Assembly: GCA_050298055.1 (NCBI GenBank)
Contig: JBNKTL010000028.1
Span: forward strand, 1-64,000
Direction of reading: 5' to 3'
Length of the DNA: 64,000 bases
DNA from: Spirochaetota bacterium
Lineage (GTDB): Bacteria; Spirochaetota; UBA4802; UBA5550
Part shown: positions 50,629 to 61,022 of the stretch, one piece after another
Layout: every line of letters begins with the position of its first letter
Numbering within the stretch: position 1 is the first letter of the stretch
Position numbers and translations under genes: made by a program
Notes under the pieces: model-generated
What the model saw: only the letters and a program-made list of their open reading frames with translations
Databases searched by the model: none
Told to the model about the DNA's origin: nothing

Positions 50629-50654
50629 ATTCTTATACATAGCTGAATAGTTAC
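50629..50654. repeat. Solo right end of the palindromic element family
   Basis: attcttatacatagctgaatagttac, near-complement of the copy B left end. Confidence 0.7.
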
Positions 50655-50725
50655 GAAAAATATTTTCTTGATTAATTGATATGTGTATACAAGACTGATA
50701 TTTAGCAATCTTTTTAGAGGACATT

Positions 50726-50938
50726 ATGGTACTTAAAGGTCATATTAAAAACAATCAGATTATACTTGATGAAGATATCAACCTTCCTGAAGGGGCTGAG
50801 GTTAAAATATCTGTTCAAAAAAGTCATGAGATAAAATCTTCCGGCCTTTGTGGAATCTGGGTAGATGATAGATCAAGCAAAGAAATCGTTGATGATATAA
50901 TATCAACACGTTCAGAAGGCAGAAACATTAATTTATGA
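50726..50938 (+). CDS. Putative antitoxin (DUF104/AF2212-like)
   Basis: KGHIKNNQIILDEDINLPEGAEVKI; overlaps the PIN gene by 4 nt. Confidence 0.7.
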   Translation: MVLKGHIKNNQIILDEDINLPEGAEVKISVQKSHEIKSSGLCGIWVDDRSSKEIVDDIISTRSEGRNINL

Positions 50939-51339
50939 TCTATCTTCTTGATACAGATATACTTGTATACTGGATGAATGGTAGCCATGCAATTGAGGAT
51001 AAAGCATTATCTGCAGGACTTTCTAATATATCAATATCAATAATATCAAAAGCTGAATTATACTATGGTGCATATAATTCAAAATATATAGAAAATAATC
51101 TAAACAATATCCATCTGTTAACTGAGAAAATTACAGTTTTGAATTTTGATGATAAGTCAGCAAGGTCATTTGGCGAAATAAAATCATATTAAAAAAATAA
51201 AGGACTCCCAATTCTTGATGCTGATATTATGATTGCGTCAATTGCTCTCGCAAATGACCTTATACTTGTAACAAATAACCTGTCCCACTTCGAGAGAATC
51301 CCTGACTTAAAAATTGAAAACTGGTCTGCTGACAATTAA
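50935..51339 (+). pseudogene. vapC: VapC PIN toxin with premature stop
   Basis: YLLDTDILVY...AELYYG; TAA at 51190-51192; same frame continues KNKGLPILDADIMIASIALANDLILVTNNLSHFERIPDLKIENW. Confidence 0.9.
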
Positions 51340-51463
51340 AATAACCCTATTAATCTTTTCATCAAAAATATATCATTCATTACAATCTACTGAGCGTTCA
51401 TTACATCAAAGTTTTTTCAGTAATTTTTCTTGAAAAAAAATATCCACAGGATAAAAATTGTTC

Positions 51464-51640
51464 ATGGCAAACAGAATTGGTGAAAGGCTCTGGAGCAGAG
51501 GTCATGCTACTCCCTCCCAGGTCTTGATCGGCCTTGAATACCAGAGGGAGTACGGGGGCAGGCTCGGTGAAATCATGATGAAGCTGGGATATATTTCCTA
51601 TAAACAGCTTATGGAAGTCGTTAGGGATATTGACTTTTAA
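51464..51640 (+). CDS. Stand-alone MshEN-like (c-di-GMP-binding) small protein
   Basis: RIGERLWSRGHATPSQVLIGLEYQ-REYGG-RLGEIMMKLGYISYKQL, two RLG..L...G motifs with a 5-aa linker. Confidence 0.75.
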   Translation: MANRIGERLWSRGHATPSQVLIGLEYQREYGGRLGEIMMKLGYISYKQLMEVVRDIDF

Positions 51641-51810
51641 ACCCGCTACACATCTCCACATCCCCTCTTTATCCCCTTATCCCCCTTTTTACACATCTTT
51701 ACATCCAGCAGTTATTGTCTCCCGTAAATTTCCTTTATTAATGAGTTGTAATTATTTCCAGAATGTGTACTATCTGACAGAGTATACCACTGGAAAAGCA
51801 GGTGCCGGTT

Positions 51811-54327
51811 ATGGGGGAGAAAAACAGCAGTTTCATGAAAAAAATGCAGGAATCGAAAAACAGGTTCCGGGGGATGAACAGCGAATCCATCATGAGTTCA
51901 TTTATCAGCCACCTTGAATACTCACTGGCCAAGGATGAATATACCGCCACGGAACAGGACTGTTACGCGAGCCTTGCTTACCTCACCCGGGACAGGCTAA
52001 TCGAGAGGTGGATAGAGACCCAGCAGACATACTACAACACCGATGCCAAACGGGTCTACTACCTCTCCATGGAGTTTCTCATCGGAAGGACACTGGGCAA
52101 CAGCCTGATAAACCTCGGGATCCTCAAAGAGACGGAGAGCGCCCTTCACAGCCTGGGCCGTAACATGGAGGAACTGCGGGAGAAGGAGTGGGACGCGGGC
52201 CTGGGTAACGGGGGCCTGGGAAGGCTTGCCGCGTGTTTCATGGATTCACTCTCAACCCTTGAGTATCCCGCCGTGGGTTACGGCATACGGTATGAATTCG
52301 GAATGTTTTTTCAGAGCATCGTTGACGGCTACCAGGTAGAGACACCGGACAACTGGCTCCGGCTGGGCAACATATGGGAGTTTCCGAGACCCGAATACAT
52401 GTACCGTGTTAACTTCTACGGGCGGGTCAACCGGTTCAATGACAGCAGGGGCAGGCTCAGGACCGAATGGGTGGACACGGAAGAAGTAATGGCCATGGCG
52501 TATGATATCCCTGTCCCCGGCTACAGGAACAATACCGTGAACAACCTGCGGCTCTGGTCGGCAAAATCGTCCCGGGGTTTTAACCTTGAGTACTTCAATC
52601 ACGGTGATTATGAACGGGCGGTCCTTGACACTGCCATGACCGAGAACATATCCCGCGTCCTTTACCCCAACGATAACGTCTTCGTGGGAAAGGAACTTCG
52701 CATGAAACAGCAGTACTTCTTCGTATCCGCCACCCTTCAGGACATCATCAGGAGATACAGGAAGTTCCATGACAGCTTTGACGCCTTCCCGGACAAGGCG
52801 GTCATCCAGCTCAACGATACCCACCCCTCAATCGCCATTCCGGAACTCATGAGGATATTCATTGATGAGGAAGAGATGGGATGGGAAAAAGCCTGGGACA
52901 TTGTGACACGGAGTTTCGGCTATACCAATCACACGGTACTCCCGGAAGCCCTTGAGAGATGGCCGGTAAGCCTCATGAAAAGGGTCCTCCCCCGGCATCT
53001 GGAGATAATCTTTGAAATTAACAGGCGGTTTCTTGAAGAGATCGGGAAAAAATTTCCCGGCAACAACGAGCTGCTTAACAGTCTTTCAATTATTGAAGAA
53101 GGCCCCGAAAAGAAGGTGCGGATGGCCAACCTTTCAATCATCAGCAGTTTTTCCGTAAACGGCGTTGCGGCCCTCCATACCGACATCTTAAAGAAATTCC
53201 TGTTCAAAGATTTCTACCTCTTCTTTCCCGAAAAGTTCAACAACAAGACAAACGGGATAACTCAGAGGCGCTGGCTGAAACTCTGCAACCCGGAACTTGC
53301 CGGTCTCATAAGCTCACAGATAGGGGAAAAATGGATAACCGATCTTGAAAAGCTCAGGGAGCTTTTACCCCTCGCCGATGACAAAAACTTCAGGGATGAG
53401 TGGGCGGCCGTTAAACAGAGAAACAAGGAGAAGCTTGCCGCGTACATCCTGTCCCATAACGGTATAGAGGTCAATCGTGAATCGATCTTCGATATCCAGG
53501 TAAAAAGGATCCACGAATACAAGAGGCAGCTTCTCAATCTCCTCCACGCGGTGACCCTCTATAACAGGATAAAGGAAAATCCCGGAGGAGACTTTGTGCC
53601 CCGGACAGTGATATTCGCAGGGAAAGCGGCCCCCGGGTACCAGATGGCAAAGCTTATCATCAAGCTCATCAACTCGGTGGGTAAAGCGGTCAACAGCGAC
53701 CCGGAAACAGGAAACAGGCTTAAAGTGATATTCCTCAGGAATTACGCTGTCTCCAACGCGGAGAAGATCATACCCGCCGCCGACCTTTCGGAACAGATAT
53801 CCACCGCGGGATTCGAGGCCTCGGGGACCGGGAACATGAAGTTTTCCCTGAACGGGGCCCTGACAATCGGCACCCTGGACGGAGCCAACGTGGAGATGCT
53901 CGAAGAGATCGGAAGGGAGAACTTCTTCCTTTTCGGACTGAACGCCCCCGGCGTGGTAAAGCTTCGAAAATCGGGCTATGACCCCCGGAGCTACTATGAA
54001 AAGAACAGGGAACTGAAAAGGGCACTGGACATGATAAACAACGGATATTTTTCTCCCGACAACCCCGGCCTCTTCAGACCGGTCATCAACTCACTGCTCC
54101 GGGAAGGGGACATGTTTATGCTCTGCGCTGATTTCGAGGCCTACATAAACTGCCAGGAAGAGGTGAGCAGCGCATTCAGGGAGAAGGAGAGATGGACACG
54201 GATGAGTATCATTAACGCGGCAAGCATGGGCAAGTTCTCCTCCGACAGGACCATCAGGGAGTACGCGGAGGAGATCTGGGGGATTCGGCCGGTCCCCGTT
54301 AAGGTGGGTTCCGGGGGACAAGTATAG
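51811..54327 (+). CDS. glgP: Glycogen/starch phosphorylase
   Basis: [43 protein letters not shown] site. Confidence 0.98.
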   Translation: MGEKNSSFMKKMQESKNRFRGMNSESIMSSFISHLEYSLAKDEYTATEQDCYASLAYLTRDRLIERWIETQQTYYNTDAKRVYYLSMEFLIGRTLGNSLINLGILKETESALHSLGRNMEELREKEWDAGLGNGGLGRLAACFMDSLSTLEYPAVGYGIRYEFGMFFQSIVDGYQVETPDNWLRLGNIWEFPRPEYMYRVNFYGRVNRFNDSRGRLRTEWVDTEEVMAMAYDIPVPGYRNNTVNNLRLWSAKSSRGFNLEYFNHGDYERAVLDTAMTENISRVLYPNDNVFVGKELRMKQQYFFVSATLQDIIRRYRKFHDSFDAFPDKAVIQLNDTHPSIAIPELMRIFIDEEEMGWEKAWDIVTRSFGYTNHTVLPEALERWPVSLMKRVLPRHLEIIFEINRRFLEEIGKKFPGNNELLNSLSIIEEGPEKKVRMANLSIISSFSVNGVAALHTDILKKFLFKDFYLFFPEKFNNKTNGITQRRWLKLCNPELAGLISSQIGEKWITDLEKLRELLPLADDKNFRDEWAAVKQRNKEKLAAYILSHNGIEVNRESIFDIQVKRIHEYKRQLLNLLHAVTLYNRIKENPGGDFVPRTVIFAGKAAPGYQMAKLIIKLINSVGKAVNSDPETGNRLKVIFLRNYAVSNAEKIIPAADLSEQISTAGFEASGTGNMKFSLNGALTIGTLDGANVEMLEEIGRENFFLFGLNAPGVVKLRKSGYDPRSYYEKNRELKRALDMINNGYFSPDNPGLFRPVINSLLREGDMFMLCADFEAYINCQEEVSSAFREKERWTRMSIINAASMGKFSSDRTIREYAEEIWGIRPVPVKVGSGGQV

Positions 54328-54330
54328 TTC

Positions 54331-55221
54331 TCAACCCGCAGGGACCAGGTTGAGCATTCCGATGGCTTCCTGCAGGTCATCGGGCCAGATCCAGAGGCGA
54401 TAGGGTTCGTCTATGGAGATGTATTCTTCGGGGCCGTACAGTTTGCGGTCCCGCATATCGGCACAGTAACGTGAACGCCAGCTTTTCTGCTCCGGGTATG
54501 AGAGTTCTGTACCACCGGCAAGTTTTTTCGTAATGCCGAACAGCTTTTCACACATGCGGTATTCATAACCGGGTAATGACAGATCATCCCGGTACTGCCC
54601 GCTGCGGGTCTCTCTGGCTTTTACGGCCATCTCCAGGAAGAGGGGCAGGTCCAGCTCCCCCGGAATGACCGGGTAAATAATGAACGGTGCGGCCCAGCCG
54701 CTTTCGATCATGTTCAGGTTAAAGGTCGCCCGCTCCCGGCGTGTCATTGTCTTGAGCTCCTTGCTGCTGTATGACGGAGCGATATAGGCAAGCAGCCGGC
54801 CGTAATCGTCAAAAGGACTCTCCGCCGAACGGATGAAAAGCTTTCTCTTTGAACCGGAGGACCGGCGCAGGCGTTTATCCACAATCTCCTTATGAAAAGC
54901 ACTTGCGGCCCTGCCCTGGGTATATTGCAAAGTACCGGCATGAGTATTCTCAAGTTTGGGGAGGACATAGTCACGGAACACGGCGGAAACCGGTGCAATG
55001 CCGTCACGTATCCACTGCGCCAGCTGTTTAAATTCATCATCCACACGGGCCGCGCCATTCTCGGAACGGGCGGTGACCTCAGGTGTATCAATAGAAAGCA
55101 TCCGTATAGGGACCCGGATATTCGGTGTATCCCCGTCCGTAACGTCCGCAAGGGATCTTGCTCCCAGAGACGGCAGGTTTTGTCCCGCGGGGGTCCAGAG
55201 AATTTGTGTGGGTTCAACCAT
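54331..55221 (-). CDS. Thermonuclease (SNase-fold) family protein, no signal peptide
   Basis: DGDT, IRMLSIDTPE, DDYGRLLAY, N..MIESGWA. Confidence 0.85.
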   Translation of the reverse strand: MVEPTQILWTPAGQNLPSLGARSLADVTDGDTPNIRVPIRMLSIDTPEVTARSENGAARVDDEFKQLAQWIRDGIAPVSAVFRDYVLPKLENTHAGTLQYTQGRAASAFHKEIVDKRLRRSSGSKRKLFIRSAESPFDDYGRLLAYIAPSYSSKELKTMTRRERATFNLNMIESGWAAPFIIYPVIPGELDLPLFLEMAVKARETRSGQYRDDLSLPGYEYRMCEKLFGITKKLAGGTELSYPEQKSWRSRYCADMRDRKLYGPEEYISIDEPYRLWIWPDDLQEAIGMLNLVPAG

Positions 55222-55232
55222 GGTCTTCCTCC

Positions 55233-57905
55233 TTAATTGCTGCCGGAATGATCATTAATATAATTCAGCCATTTTCGGGCAATTGTATTGTGTTGATCCA
55301 GTTTAAGGGCTAATTCAAGATTTTTAACAGATTGCTGAATTTTACCCAGATAGTAATGGGCTACTCCCAAACCTGTATAGACAGAGACAAGACTCAAAGA
55401 ATGTGTTGATCTTATTTTTTTGTATTTTTCAGATTTTACTATTGCTTCATTATATTTTTCTATTGCTTCTTTGTATTTTTTCTGTCCGCAAAGAAGATCT
55501 CCCCAATTATTAAAAGTGGTTACCAGGTTGAGATAGTGAGTATCATTATCCGGGTTGACCCTGATTGCTTTCTCATAGACTTTTATTGCTTCATCATATT
55601 TTTTCTGTTCACATAAACTCACTCCCCAATTATTATACGTGTTTCCGACCTTTGCCCGGAAATTTTCATTTTCAGGATTTAATTTTAAGGCCTGACCGTA
55701 AGTTTCTATTGCCTCTCTGTATTTTTTTTGCTCCAGTAAACAGAAACCCCGATTATTATATGCAATATTTAAATTATTCAGATAATTTTCATACTCCGGG
55801 TTAATTTTTAATGCTTTACTGTATTTTTCTATTGCTTTATTAAAGTTAACTTCTCCTGTTTTGTATTGGTTCTGCTTTGTAAAAATATACCCTATTTCAT
55901 TGTATGCAGCACCTGTCATCGCAAGGTAAAGATCATTTTCCGGATTCAAATCAAATGAATCTTTATCACTCTTTACTGATTTTTTATATTTATCTATTGC
56001 AGTTTTATATTTATCAATTGCAACTTTATGTTTTTCTTTTGCTTCTTTATATTTCCCTTTTTTTCTCAAAAGATCTCCCCAATGATAATACGCCATACCT
56101 AAATCTTTATAATAAGTATCGTTTTGGGGATCGTGCTTCAGAGCTTCCTGATATTTTTCTATTGCTTCCGGAAATTTACCCCCATTGTGATAAGCAGCTC
56201 CCCAGACGGATTGCAAAAAACCTCTGTCCTTATATTCCAGTATCTTATCACAATTTTTTTCTTCTTTTCCGCAGGTATGTATCTCTTCCCTGTTTTTCAA
56301 TTTTTTAAATATTTCATTGCCTTTCTTTACTCTTCCTTTTGAAACGTAAGCAACAGCTAAATTGAGATTCAAGTAATAATGATCCGGTCCGATTTCCAGA
56401 CCCCTTTTGTACTTTTCGATTGCTTTTTTGAAGTCTCTTTTTTCATAATTGAAATAGTTACCCCATAAATTATATATTTCAGTTTTATTGCAGGATATTT
56501 TAACGGCTTTTGATATATATTTTTCTGCGGATAGCTTTTTCCCTGTACCGTAGTTCGCAACACCTAAATCCCAGAGATACTGAGCCTTTTTTTGATTACA
56601 AATTGAATTACCCGGAATTTCATTTTTATCGTTCTTATAAATCTCATTATATTCCTCCAATGATTTCTCATAATACTTAACAGCTTGTTGATAATTATTG
56701 AACTTTAAATACAGGTCTCCCGATTTATTAAAGATCAAATCTGATTGCTCGGGATTTTTCTGGAGGGCGATTTGATAATAATTTTCCGCTTCTTCTTTAT
56801 TTCGCCTTGAGCTATAATAATCCCCAAGACAAGTATAACCTCTGTAGTAATCCGGCCTTCTTCTGAGAATTTCTTCGCAATTTTCTTTTGCCAGTTTATA
56901 AATTCTCCTTCTCAGATAAAAATCTGATTTATTTTGAAATACGATGGGGACCTGATTATCAACTTTTTCCAAAAGCTCTTTTGTTTTTAAAAAATTATTG
57001 CGCTGATAATAAAGTGATGCAAAATCCATGTAGGTATCAGCAAGCGGAGAAATTTCCATGGAATTTTTATAGTGTTTTGCCGCATTTAGTATATCACCTT
57101 TAATATCCTTTGCCAATGTCGCTTTGAAGTATTCCACCCACTTTTTTTCATGACTTTTTTTATCGGGATTTGAAATGATATCATTTATTACAATCCGCGC
57201 GTTTTTGATATCACGGATATAAAAATACTGATGAAGCGCATAACCGACCCGGTCAGAAAAACGCAGCAGATCCATGGATGCCAGGTAGAGGAGCTGATCA
57301 ATTGTCTTAATATATCTGCTCTTCTGGTTCCCGATAATTTCTCTATGGTTAATAAATGAATGAGTATTTTTTTTGCTGTCCCGAATCCGTAAATGCAGAT
57401 ACAGTTTATTGTCTGTTTCAATGATCTCTCCGCTGATCCGTTTGTCATTAATATTAAATATATCTTTAAAAAAATCAATTATGGTACGGGCGGTTAAACC
57501 GGTTCCCGGAACTTCTATATCAGATTGATTCCATCCTTCTTTTGTGGACAGGCATGCGCGGCTGGTCTGTGCTTCCATATAAATTCGTTCGATACTCGCC
57601 TGAAGCCGAACAGCCAGTATGTGAGGGGTATATCCCAACTTTTCCAGGTCTGCGGGAATTCCGATTGGCTCAATATAGATGTTCTGGCGCACCATTTCTT
57701 TTGTGAACCAGAAGATAATAATAATTAATAACAAAAAACTGAAGATATTAATAGCTGTCGTCTTAAAATTTTCCAATGACGAATTAAGACTTTTAAAAGA
57801 AGAAAACTTTGATAAAATTCCCAAAACAAAGGATTTTATCTTTGCCTTAATTTTATTGAGCCATTCTGGCAGGAAGGTCATAAAATTAAAATTTTGGAAT
57901 CTCAT
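55233..57905 (-). CDS. Large membrane-anchored TPR protein
   Basis: One N-terminal TM helix; many TPR units (YNNWG...YEKAIRVNPDN); AT-rich. Confidence 0.9.
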   Translation of the reverse strand: MRFQNFNFMTFLPEWLNKIKAKIKSFVLGILSKFSSFKSLNSSLENFKTTAINIFSFLLLIIIIFWFTKEMVRQNIYIEPIGIPADLEKLGYTPHILAVRLQASIERIYMEAQTSRACLSTKEGWNQSDIEVPGTGLTARTIIDFFKDIFNINDKRISGEIIETDNKLYLHLRIRDSKKNTHSFINHREIIGNQKSRYIKTIDQLLYLASMDLLRFSDRVGYALHQYFYIRDIKNARIVINDIISNPDKKSHEKKWVEYFKATLAKDIKGDILNAAKHYKNSMEISPLADTYMDFASLYYQRNNFLKTKELLEKVDNQVPIVFQNKSDFYLRRRIYKLAKENCEEILRRRPDYYRGYTCLGDYYSSRRNKEEAENYYQIALQKNPEQSDLIFNKSGDLYLKFNNYQQAVKYYEKSLEEYNEIYKNDKNEIPGNSICNQKKAQYLWDLGVANYGTGKKLSAEKYISKAVKISCNKTEIYNLWGNYFNYEKRDFKKAIEKYKRGLEIGPDHYYLNLNLAVAYVSKGRVKKGNEIFKKLKNREEIHTCGKEEKNCDKILEYKDRGFLQSVWGAAYHNGGKFPEAIEKYQEALKHDPQNDTYYKDLGMAYYHWGDLLRKKGKYKEAKEKHKVAIDKYKTAIDKYKKSVKSDKDSFDLNPENDLYLAMTGAAYNEIGYIFTKQNQYKTGEVNFNKAIEKYSKALKINPEYENYLNNLNIAYNNRGFCLLEQKKYREAIETYGQALKLNPENENFRAKVGNTYNNWGVSLCEQKKYDEAIKVYEKAIRVNPDNDTHYLNLVTTFNNWGDLLCGQKKYKEAIEKYNEAIVKSEKYKKIRSTHSLSLVSVYTGLGVAHYYLGKIQQSVKNLELALKLDQHNTIARKWLNYINDHSGSN

Positions 57906-58112
57906 GACAGCACCTCCACAAAGAACAGGATTGTGAAAGAAGCATAGGGCCTTCAGGAACGTCTCAACTATGCAACAAGGTAAACATATCTTTCAACCGC
58001 CTGCGGCATTTTCTCAAAACAGGGAAAGAACGATAAAATTATTGTCAGAATAATTTTATAAGAATCAATATATTTGAAAATGTCAAGAATATATCAGTTT
58101 CACGCAGGGAAC

Positions 58113-58143
58113 ATGTAATGAACGCTACACAGAATGTAATGAA
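58113..58143 (+). promoter_or_regulatory. Direct repeat ATGTAATGAA-N11-ATGTAATGAA (21-bp period), LytTR-type site candidate
   Basis: Perfect 10-mers at 58113-58122 and 58134-58143 upstream of the natA-like gene. Confidence 0.55.
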
Positions 58144-58276
58144 TGACATGTAAATTTGCTTTTAAAAGATATTATTTTCCCTGATCAGAATTAATTAGAT
58201 TTACAAAGAACGAAAGCAAAATATTTTTAACTCAATGACATCAGAATTTCTGTAGGATAATTCATTTTATAAAAAA

Positions 58277-59014
58277 ATGATACGTGTTGAAAATCTAACC
58301 AAGTACTATCCCGGAAGTGAAAAGCCCGCTCTGGACGGCATATCCTTCACTGTTGAGAGGGGAGAGATCGTGGGGCTCCTGGGTGAAAACGGCGCGGGGA
58401 AGACCACCACCCTGAGAATACTTGCCACAACACTCTCTCCCTGTTCCGGGAAAGCCGAAATTGACGGCTTCAGTATTACCGGCGAACCGGAAATGGCCAG
58501 GAGCAGGACCGGCGTGCTCTTCGGAGGGGAGACCGGGCTCTACGACAGGCTCACCTGCAGGGAAAATATCCTCTACTTCGCGGGACTCAACGGCATCCCC
58601 AAAAAAGAAGCTGAGAGCAAACTGGAGACCCTGACCGCGGAACTTGAAATGGGAAACTTCATCCACCGGCGGTCCCATGAATTTTCAAAGGGAATGAAAC
58701 AGAAAACCGCCATCGCCCGCTCTATCATACACGATCCGGGTATTATGCTCTTCGATGAACCCACATCGGGCCTCGACCTCCGGGCCTCCCGGGTCATTTA
58801 CAACTTCATGGAGAGGTGCAGAGACCGGGGAAAGGGGATACTCTTCTCCAGCCACAATATCAGTGAAGTGAAGAGAGTCTGCAGCCGCGTCCTCATTCTT
58901 CACAGGGGAAGGCTTGTTAAAAGAGAATTAAGCGCTTCTCTCTTTTCAACAGACCCCAACGAATTTGAAAACCGGTACCTCGGTATTATCAGTGATGATG
59001 ATCAGGACAATTAA
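58277..59014 (+). CDS. ABC exporter ATP-binding subunit (NatA-like)
   Basis: GENGAGKTT, ETGLYDRLT.RENI.YFA, FSKGMKQK, FDEPT. Confidence 0.88.
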   Translation: MIRVENLTKYYPGSEKPALDGISFTVERGEIVGLLGENGAGKTTTLRILATTLSPCSGKAEIDGFSITGEPEMARSRTGVLFGGETGLYDRLTCRENILYFAGLNGIPKKEAESKLETLTAELEMGNFIHRRSHEFSKGMKQKTAIARSIIHDPGIMLFDEPTSGLDLRASRVIYNFMERCRDRGKGILFSSHNISEVKRVCSRVLILHRGRLVKRELSASLFSTDPNEFENRYLGIISDDDQDN

Positions 59015-60179
59015 AACCGTATTTCTCAAAGAACTCACCGACCTCTTCAGGGACTGGAGGACCCTTCTCACGGGTATCATCATACCTGTGGTCCTTTTCC
59101 CCCTGATACTCTTCTATCTCAATGTTATCGTGAACAGGAGCAGGGCCGAGGTGGAAAGGGAACTCAGGGTTGCGGTTTCGGGGAAAAGCGCCCCCTATAC
59201 GGAATTTCTCAGGGGGAACAAAAATATCAGGATAGAAAAATCCCGTGACCTGAGAAAAGATGTGGTGGAAGGAAAGATCTATGCCGGAATTCTTATCCCC
59301 GAAAATTTCGACCGGGACATTTCAGAGAGCAGGAAAGCGGAGATTGCCGTAATCATAGACAACAGGAGCCAGCTCTCACTGGTGGCATATTCAAAAATCG
59401 CGGAACTGACCTCCGCCTACTCGGGCCGCGTGATAAGCGGCAGGTTCAGCGGCAGCGACAGGGAGAGGATGAAACTGAACCCGGTAAGCGTAAAAAGCGT
59501 AATGGTGGAACCGGAGGAAAGAGGGGCCGGGATGCTCCTTCTTTCAATACTCCTTCCCCTGATGCTTCTCACCTACTCCGTTATCAGTCCCCTCTCCGTG
59601 GCCGCGGACCTGGGAGCGGGGGAAAAGGAGAGAGGTACTCTGGAACATCTCCTCTGCACCCGGGCGGGAAGGTTTGAGATCCTCTGCGGAAAATTTGCCG
59701 CTGTCTCTGTTTTCGGGATCATCGGCGTTCTCTCCTTTCTTGCGGGTGTGGCCATCTCCTTTGTTCTCACGCCGGACTTTTTCGGAGAGAACGGTTATAC
59801 CCTGAGCCTGGGCCCGGTTTCACTTCTGCTGATATCACTTCTTACCCTGGGACTCATCATGGTGTTCGGGGCGGTCCTCATGGGAGTGAGTTTCTTCTCA
59901 CGGTCAACCCGGGAATCCCAGACACTCTCGCTCCCCCTGATCATCATAAGCATGGCGTCAGGATACGGCACCTCCATGATCGATATTAAAAACTATCCCG
60001 GGATCTTCCTCCATCTTCCCCTGCTGAATATCAGTATCGTTATCAAGGAGCTGATACTGGAGACCTTCAGTGCAATGAACATCCTTACGGTCTGTGTATG
60101 GACTTTTTTCTATCTCGCGGCAGCTCTGTTTGCCGCCTGGAGAATATTTTCCCGGGAGAAGGTCATCTTCAGGAACTGA
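58995..60179 (+). CDS. ABC exporter permease (NatB-like)
   Basis: KEL.DLFRD.RTL, DLGAGEKERGTLE.LL. Confidence 0.88.
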   Translation: MMIRTIKTVFLKELTDLFRDWRTLLTGIIIPVVLFPLILFYLNVIVNRSRAEVERELRVAVSGKSAPYTEFLRGNKNIRIEKSRDLRKDVVEGKIYAGILIPENFDRDISESRKAEIAVIIDNRSQLSLVAYSKIAELTSAYSGRVISGRFSGSDRERMKLNPVSVKSVMVEPEERGAGMLLLSILLPLMLLTYSVISPLSVAADLGAGEKERGTLEHLLCTRAGRFEILCGKFAAVSVFGIIGVLSFLAGVAISFVLTPDFFGENGYTLSLGPVSLLLISLLTLGLIMVFGAVLMGVSFFSRSTRESQTLSLPLIIISMASGYGTSMIDIKNYPGIFLHLPLLNISIVIKELILETFSAMNILTVCVWTFFYLAAALFAAWRIFSREKVIFRN

Positions 60180-60224
60180 TGGAGAGCGGATACCGGTGCC
60201 TGAAACGGCATACAGCCGGGCACT

Positions 60225-61022
60225 TTACCTGATCTTCCTGAACACCCCGTGGTCAAAAATGCCGTAGCTGTCGAAACCGGAACGGATCGTAAGAGCGATA
60301 GCGGTAAAAACCGTGATGGATGTCCCGGTAAAGATGGCAAGCATGATGGCAATCTGGTACTTTATGGCGGTTGCGGGATTTATCCCCCCCATGATAATAC
60401 CGGTCATCATACCGGGGAGCGCCACAAGGCCCACAGTTGCCATGGTGGCAACGGTGGGACCCAGGGCCGCCTGGAAAGCGCCCCGGAAATAGGGGAAAAG
60501 GGCCTCCCTGAGTGTGGCCCCCTGGGCCAGGCTGTAAAGATAAGCGTTCTCATTCTCCCGTATGGATCTATAGAATGAACCTATTCCGATAATATTCGCC
60601 CTGAGACAATTTCCCATGATCATACCGCTTATGGGTATAAAGTACTGCGCCTCAAAGAGGTTCGGGATGCGGAGGATAACAAGGTTAAAGTAGATCATGG
60701 GAACGGCAGTTCCCCCCAGAATGGAAAGAAAGACCGGGACCAGGAAACGCCTGATTTTCAGACCGCTGCCATTGATGATGGAAAGGTCCGCCACAGAGAT
60801 CATGAGGAGAAGCCAGAGTGTATTCAGCCACCAGCGGTTGAGATCAAAGACCAGGTGAAGGTAGAGTCCCACAAAGAGGAGCTGCACTGTCATCCTGATT
60901 ACCGAAATAAAGGTTTTTTTCAGGATGTCCGCTCCCAGGTAGAGCATCAACCCCAGGGGGATAATGAGAAGAAGATAACCCAGGGCCAGGGCAAAAGTCC
61001 TTATCTCAATGGCAGATGACAT
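60225..61022 (-). CDS. FetB/YbbM (UPF0014)-family ABC permease
   Basis: RM.VQL, YFIPISGMIMGN, GLVALPGMMTG, A.KYQI.IM. Confidence 0.9.
   Translation of the reverse strand: MSSAIEIRTFALALGYLLLIIPLGLMLYLGADILKKTFISVIRMTVQLLFVGLYLHLVFDLNRWWLNTLWLLLMISVADLSIINGSGLKIRRFLVPVFLSILGGTAVPMIYFNLVILRIPNLFEAQYFIPISGMIMGNCLRANIIGIGSFYRSIRENENAYLYSLAQGATLREALFPYFRGAFQAALGPTVATMATVGLVALPGMMTGIIMGGINPATAIKYQIAIMLAIFTGTSITVFTAIALTIRSGFDSYGIFDHGVFRKIR

Noticed and set aside
51190..51192. Programmed readthrough or recoded stop in vapC
   Set aside because: The stop is TAA, which terminates many genes in this window; a nonsense mutation is the simpler explanation
51645..51700. Pyrimidine-rich tract upstream of glgP
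   Set aside because: No periodicity or pairing partner was found
55233..57905. Internal DNA repeats in the TPR gene (and in the ankyrin gene)
   Set aside because: Explained by protein repeat units; no reverse transcriptase or template repeat to suggest a diversity-generating retroelement
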